Origin: the human T2T-CHM13v2.0 reference genome, Homo sapiens
DNA: 64,000 nt
Assembly (NCBI RefSeq): GCF_009914755.1
Contig: NC_060942.1
Strand: one strand, 5' to 3'
Part shown: one piece after another, positions 57,101-64,000 of the stretch
Numbering within the stretch: position 1 is the first letter of the stretch
Layout: each line of letters opens with the position of its first letter
The notes under the pieces: generated by a model
Told to the model about the DNA's origin: nothing
The model's input: only the letters and a program-made list of their open reading frames with translations
Databases searched by the model: none
Position numbers and translations under genes: made by a program

Positions 57101-57419
57101 GCAGATGGAAAGCTTCTGTATAGCTTCTCTATGTCAGTTGGTGATATTTTTACTATTCCCATTTTTGTTTTGACTAAGCCACTCTTTGTGCATCTCAGAT
57201 TTGTGCAGGCATCTTGGGTACCAACTCACTACCTTGAACAATCCAGGTCTACATCTCTCATTCTGGCATGTGTATTAAAACTCCAGTCCCAGATCTTAGA
57301 GGCTATATCTAGGCAAAAATTAGTATTTCTGCATTATGTAGGCTGTGCATATTTGATTTTCATGTACTTGAAATGTCTTAGCCTAGTGACTAAGTCCAAT
57401 TTTTTTTTTTTTTTTTTGA

Positions 57420-57706
<287 letters not shown>

Positions 57707-59515
57707 TGATTCCAATGTAAAATGTTTAATTGACTGTGATTTTATGTTCATCTTACTAGGTTTATATACAATATGAGAATATTTATGAAAACTCCAAATT
57801 TTCTGTATTTATATACTTAGTTTAGTAGATAAAGTTATTTAAGTTCTTGAGACAGTTTTGTTTAAGTCAGACAATAGTAGTCCTTAAAGTGGAGAGAAAA
57901 TATATTAATTTATAAATAAAGCTTAACAAATTAAAGGGAATTAAGTTATGCTATAAAAAGCAGCCTTAAACTTAATGTTCTTCAATAGTCAGATTTTTAA
58001 ATGGAAAAATAATGTTTTAAAGTTGAACTTCAAGAATTTAGGAAGATCTAGGTTTTAAAATGTGTCACTTGACTATTATATATATATATATATATTAATT
58101 TTTTTATTTTTTTAATTTTTTTGTGATGGAGTTTCGCTCTTGTTGCCCAGGCTGGAGTGCAATGGTGAGATCTCGGCTCGCCACAACCTCCGCCTCCTGG
58201 GTTCAAGCAATTCTCCTGCCTCAGCCTCCTGAGTAGCTGGGATTACAGGCATGTGCCACCACGCCCGGCTAGTTTTGTATTTTTAGTAGAGATGGAGTTT
58301 CTCCATGCTGGCCAGGCTGGTCTCAAACTCCCGACCTCAGGTGATCCGCCCGCCTCGGCCTCCCGAAGTGCTGGGATTACAGGCGTGAGCCACTGCACCC
58401 CAGCCTATATATTAATTTTATAAAACTGAAGTAAACTCTGAATGGTCTTTTCTGTGTTCCAAGTTGATCCTTTAAGTACCACTACTTCACATTTACCAGG
58501 TCACAGATTCATAAATTTTTATGTGTTACAAAGTATCTTCGGCACCATTAAAGTGATGGATCTATAGTTTCAGTTCTATTTTCCCCTGTAGAAATAGCAG
58601 CTTTTTACCTAAGCTATTAAATCTTGAGGTCACTGGTTTAGTTTGGTCATAATAATGGCTGAAATAATTCTTATAGCTGTTTTGTTGAGCAATCTCAGCG
58701 TATGGAGCTCCGAACACAAAAGCCATCTCCCCAACTCACTGCTGCTGTGTCCCAGCAAACCCCTCTGCTGGGCGCAGGGGTCTTAGGGCACACTTTGATT
58801 TCATACATTTTTGCACAATTTCAGAATTTGGAATACACTGTTTTAAAATTTTGTTTCCACCTGATTCAACACCCGTCTTGCTTTCTCCCCAGTCTGGGAT
58901 CCAGCAGGTGGAAATTAGGGAAGGGGTGGGAGGTGCTGCTTGCAGAAACCTCACCTCTCTGACACTGGGAGCTCTGTTGCTGGCTTTTTGAGGGGTGTGG
59001 TGGGGGCTTTTCGGAGAGTCTTAGGGGCCTCTCGCTTGCACAGCCCTTGGCCCTTGGCATGGGAGGTCTGCCGCCGCTTGAACCTTTCCCACCCCCACCC
59101 CCACCCCGCCACCCTCCCATCTTTAGCTCCCCAGCAGGTGTCCACCCACTGGCAGTTTCCTTCCGGGTCAGCTTGTTCAGATGTAGCCCTCTTACTGAGG
59201 CAGGCAGAACCGCAGACTGCTCATGGCCAGCCACCTTCCATGGGGTCCGCTTGACCCTTGGGAAGCTCATCTCCTTGCCATATCTGGGAGTGAGAACACA
59301 GCATCTGGCTCCTGCCTGGTGTTCAGTGTCATAGCAGCAGCATCCAGCACTTGTTTGGACAAGTGGATTGGCCACAGTCAGATGAGAAGCAATTTCCAGC
59401 CTTAAACTTGTAAAGGAGAGGGTGTGTAGGAGCCCCTGCCAACTGTATAAGGAAATTTCTTGTCTCATCCGCTACCTTTGGCAGGAGAAAGAAGGGGAAA
59501 AAATTGTTTTTATGA

Positions 59516-59806
<291 letters not shown>

Positions 59807-59833
59807 TGACGATTTTCCTAGAATGGTGTGTGT

Positions 59834-59835
<2 letters not shown>

Positions 59836-59867
<32 letters not shown>
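59836..59867. repeat. (TG)n microsatellite
   Basis: Uninterrupted TG run of about 16 units. Confidence 0.95.
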
Positions 59868-59868
<1 letters not shown>

Positions 59869-60339
59869 TGCTGGGGTTGGGGAGGACAAAACTTTCTACA
59901 ACAGCTGCTGCTGGGATGCTGACCCTCAGCAAACCCCTCAGGGAGTGGCAATTTCCACAGCTGGCAGTTCTCTGAGCTCAGAATGAGGCTTCTTATGTAC
60001 CTTTTATTCTTAGCTGTGGGCCCTTAGTCTCCAGTTCTGGCAGGAGGCGCCTCACACCATCTTATCACATGTAATTGTCACATTACATTCAATTGCCTTG
60101 TGTATCTTATTAATGGAATTGGCTTGATTGTGTGGTAAGCCACCAGATGTGCAGTGGCCGTGTAATTTCACACCCCTGAACCTCGTTGAGCTCAAACGAC
60201 TTATCTGATCATGTTGCAAGGTACTGCTTTCACCAAAAGGAATTTAAATCAGAAGATGTGGCACAAGACGCGTTGAGAAAGAAGCACCAAGAAGCCACCC
60301 AACCTAGCAGCAAAACAGCAGGAATTTGAGAAACAGTGT

Positions 60340-60793
60340 CGGGGAAGAGGACAGACGTGAAAACTGTTTATTCATACAGAGGAGGTTCCAAGCCACGAGG
60401 CGCCCGTCGAAAAGCACATCACCTCTGTAACAACACACGAGACACGGCCATGGCTTCACAGCTGCAGCAAATCCCAATTCGCCCCACGACACATTCGTCT
60501 GCCCTCTGACCATCATTCAATGTCCCTCCAACTTCATTCAAGTCTTCTCCTTAAAACTGTTTCCTAATCTTCATGCTATGAATGGTATTTTCTTAACACA
60601 TAATTTTGTAGATAAAGAAAAACAATTAAAGTGTCATTAGTTGGTGCTTTTTTATATGAGTGAAAGACCTGACATTATTTTCCCCTCAAGCCAGAAAATA
60701 ATAGGGAGGAGAAAGCATGAAGACGTCTCATCCTTAACCCAAACCATTCACACCCAAGTCACACAGGCCGGCTGGCTCTCCTCGCACCTCCGG
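60340..60793 (-). other. MYOM1: MYOM1 3'UTR
   Basis: Unique sequence between the stop codon and the minus-strand AATAAA (tttatt at 60367-60372). The exact cleavage site is approximate. Confidence 0.85.
60367..60372 (-). terminator. MYOM1: Polyadenylation signal AATAAA of MYOM1
   Basis: The plus strand reads tttatt, ~420 nt downstream of the stop on the minus strand, followed by pyrimidine/GU-rich sequence. Confidence 0.85.
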
Positions 60794-61087
60794 TCACTTG
60801 GCCTTCTTGCCACCTTTCAGGGACTCCAAGGCGGCCATCCTCGCCTCCTCCTCTGGGATGAACACGCTGACGGTGAAGTCGCTGGTCTCCGAGCCATACT
60901 TGTTCTTCACAACCAGCCCGTATTTGCCCGAGTCAGCGGTGCTCACGCCGTTGATGGTGAAGTACGCGGTCCTCCCAGCCTCGAACTTGAGGTTGCAGTG
61001 GTCGTCTGAGGCCAGGGCCTTCTCGTTCTTCAACCACGACACCTCCGGAGGCGGGTCTCCCCACACGTTGCAAGTGAGATTAAGGGC
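60794..61087 (-). CDS. MYOM1: Terminal coding exon of myomesin-1 (C-terminal Ig-like domain)
   Basis: Translation ALNLTCNVWGDPPPEVSWLKNEKALASDDHCNLKFEAGRTAYFTINGVSTADSGKYGLVVKNKYGSETSDFTVSVFIPEEEARMAALESLKGGKKAK* has Ig I-set hallmarks (C..W..DSGKY) and matches my recollection of the myomesin-1 C-terminus. Acceptor ...tgtcttgcAG lies immediately before 61087 and the TGA stop is at 60796-60794. Confidence 0.95.
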   Translation of the reverse strand, partial: ALNLTCNVWGDPPPEVSWLKNEKALASDDHCNLKFEAGRTAYFTINGVSTADSGKYGLVVKNKYGSETSDFTVSVFIPEEEARMAALESLKGGKKAK

Positions 61088-64000
61088 CTGCAAGACAGGT
61101 TTTATGGGAGAGAAGAAGATAAATTAGATGTAATAGACACACTGTCAACAATCTTGCCGGCTGGTGGCTTGGCATGACCAAAGGGAGGATAAGTAAAAGC
61201 CTCCCGGACCAGGGTTTAAAGTAGTTCTGTGTATGCACCTGTGTGAGTTACAGTTTGAAATAACATGTGAGGGGATCTCCTCAAGGCCTTTTAATGCTCC
61301 TCAAGGCCTTTATATGCTTTCTGGCTTCTGGAATGCTTATTATCAAAAACACACGAAAGAGTTTATGTCTATTCCCCATTTTCACTTTCTCTTTCATAAA
61401 CATATAGATGCCTTTTGCTCTATTGTGGCATTTTGGGTTCTGTCTCGGTACAGGAATCTCATTGCTGTAATTGCCACCTGCTCACTTTTGCCTTTCATTT
61501 GCATCAAAGAGCCGGGCAGCAGAATCACGGCAGCTGCTTCAGATAATGTTACTGATTTTCAAATTCCACCACCCTTATTTTACTTCTCTCCTCAAAGCCC
61601 ATCCAATCTGCTGCAGTTGCAGTGGTCCCCTACCAAAACGTATTCCTAAAGAAAATATTCCCATCTGTGCTGAAACCTTATTCTAAAAGATCGATATTCT
61701 AGATATGTATGTAGACACAAGGTCTACAGTTTTATTTTACCTTACTTTTTTTAATTGAAAAGGATTTAGATAATTGTAAATTCACATGCAGTTGTAAGAA
61801 ATAATAAAGAAATCCATAAGAAATAATAAAGAGATCTGGTATGCTGTCTACCCAGCTTCCCAGTGGTAACATTTTACAAAACTATAGTAGAATGTCATAA
61901 CCAGTATATTGACATTGATGCAATCCACCGACCTTATTTAGATTTCTCTAATTTTACTGGTGCTTATTTGTGTTTGTGTGTGTTTCATTCTATTCAATTT
62001 ACAGAATATTTTCATCACCACAAGAACCCCTTGCGTTGTCCTTTTATACCCACACCCACCTCTCCTCCAACTTCCAAACTCTGTTCCTAATCTCTGGCAA
62101 CCACTCATCTGTTTTCCATTTCTAAAATTTTGTCAGGTCAAAGATATTATATAAATAGAATCATGCACTGTATAACCTTTCAGAATAACCTTTGTAACTC
62201 AGCATAATTACATCCAGATTCATCCAAGATGCTGCATGTATCGATAGTTTATCCCTTGTTCTTGCTGACTAGAATGTCATACTATGTTTATGCCCGTAAG
62301 GGTCATCTGAGCTTTTTCCAGTTTTAACTATGATGCACTAAGTTGCTATGAACATTTGTGTACAGGTTTTTATGTGAGCATAAGCTGTCATTTCTCTGGG
62401 ATAAATGCCCAGGGATACAATTGCTGGAATGTATGATAAATGCATGTTTCATTTTTTCTTTATTTTTTTTAATTAAAAAAATAGAGAATAGAGATGGGGT
62501 CTCATTATGTTGACCAGGCTGGTCTTGAACTCCTGGTCTCAAGCAATCTTCCCATCGTGGCCTCCCAAAGTGCTGAGATTACAGGCATGGGCCACCACAC
62601 CCAGCCCATGTTTTCTTTTTTTTTCCCAGAAATTGCCAAACGGTTTTTCTGAGCGGCTATACAATTTTGGCTTACATTCCCACCAGAATATACAAGTGAT
62701 TCGGTTTCTCCACAGCCTCCCCACCATTTGTTGTTGTACACCAGCCCACCCAGCTACTATTCTTTATTACAGCAATTCTGATAGGTGTGGTGTGATATTT
62801 CATTGTGGTTTTAATGTTCACTTGCCTGGTGGTTAATGATGTTGAATTTACTTCACATTTTAAAATTCCATTCTTGTATTTTTCTCTTACTAAAATCCAG
62901 ATGTGATAAGGAAAGAACTAGGGCTCACAATGTACAGAGAAAGAACACCCATCTACATAGCTTTCTAAAGGGTCTTACATGATTATTTGTTACCCCTTTT
63001 GCAGGTATATCATTTAAAATTGGATAGATTAAGAAATCTGTTTTTCTCCCATCACTAATTAATATTTCTTACTGAATTATCCTACAAATACATTTCAGTC
63101 AAAAAAAGAGGAGTCCAATTATTATCCTTAAACTTAATGAGCAGATTAGGTATATGCTTTTGGAAACTGTGATTACTTGTAGTTAAAACTTTTAACAAAA
63201 TGAAACAAAGTCCCAAACACCCCCTGACAGTCTAGTGGTTAGGAAAAAAAAATGTGAAAAAGAAAAAACAAAACTCCCAAACACCTTAGGCATCATGGAA
63301 AACTCTTATCCACACTTCAGATTTGGGTTCTGCATTACAAAGTACTTTCATATACATTCTCTTTCTTAATTCTCAGTACGACCTAGAGAGTTGTATATTT
63401 TTAACCTTATTAGGTGAGGAAAATGGAAAAGACAGTTGAGGAACAAAAGAACCCCTGCAGTGGCTGAGCTTAAAATCAACCGTGATCATATTTTCCAACC
63501 ATGAGGAAATGCAGTTGAATGAAACCTACCTCTTGCTAAAGCATTTCCACATGCCTTGCTTTGTTACCCGAATTCCAGTCACCCACTGTATGTCTTCACT
63601 GCCCTTTGAAGTGGAAAATTTGTTCCACTACAAATATCTCTACCCCTAGGACTGGTATGTTAAACTTGTTTTAATTTATTTTCCATTTATTTTTTGTAGA
63701 CAGTGTCTCACTGTGTTGTCCAGGCTGAAGTGAAGTGGTATGGTGTCATGACTCACTGCAGCTTTGACCTCCTGGGCTCAGGCGATCCTCCCATCTCAGC
63801 CTCCAGAGTAGCTAAGACTACAGGTGTGCACCACCATACCCAGCTGACTTTTAAAAATTGTTTTTGTAGAGTCGGGGTCTCATTATGTTGCCCAGGCTAG
63901 TTTGAACTCCTGGGTGTAAGCAATCCTCCTGCCTTGGCCTCCCAAAGTGCTGGTTTACAGGCATGAGCCACTGCACCCAGTGGCTGTAAACTTTTTAATG
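61088..64000 (-). other. MYOM1: Last intron of MYOM1 (partial)
   Basis: Lies upstream of the terminal acceptor and contains an old L1 and Alus. No further exon was recognised. Confidence 0.8.
61745..62850 (-). mobile_element. Old L1M(B/C) 3' fragment in the MYOM1 intron with a nested Alu monomer (~62480-62607)
   Basis: ttcacatgcagttgtaagaaataat; ctggcaaccact; gctatgaacatttgtgtacagg; tgataggtgtggtgtgatatttcattgtggttttaat. Confidence 0.75.

Noticed and set aside
58899-58915. CTCF-like ccagcaggtgga motif (similar partial matches at ~59131 and ~16080)
   Set aside because: Partial matches lacking the conserved GGC end; not supportable without ChIP data.
58866-59468. 200-aa minus-strand ORF downstream of MYOM1
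   Set aside because: No recognisable domain, and the poly-Gly stretch comes from a G-rich simple tract. It lies beyond the poly(A) signal.

Overview
This is primate (most likely human) Alu-dense genomic DNA, not prokaryotic: no CRISPR array, operon or intact RNA gene was seen, and almost all listed ORFs are Alu, L1 or GC-content artefacts. The only supported coding sequence is the terminal exon of MYOM1 (myomesin-1; minus strand, 61087->60794, with 3'UTR and AATAAA). A CpG-island promoter at ~6.0-7.1 kb has minus-strand splice donors and a second first-exon candidate at ~5.25-5.48 kb. From the known MYOM1-LPIN2 gene order at 18p11.3, this is inferred to be the 5' end of LPIN2, whose CDS lies outside the window. 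The ~53 kb spacer is a nested transposon landscape. Three retrotransposition events carry extra cargo: (1) a 5'-truncated SVA with ~560 bp of 3'-transduced sequence inside a perfect 14-bp TSD, (2) a semi-processed RPL10 retrocopy that retains the SNORA70-containing intron end but has the last intron spliced, and (3) an L1PA 3' end followed by ~320 bp of apparent 3' transduction. A solo HERV-H LTR7 with 5-bp TSD points toward the promoter. I found no convincing wholly new biological system; the best leads are these events and a few regulatory candidates. Repeat family names come from recalled consensus sequences and were not confirmed by search.
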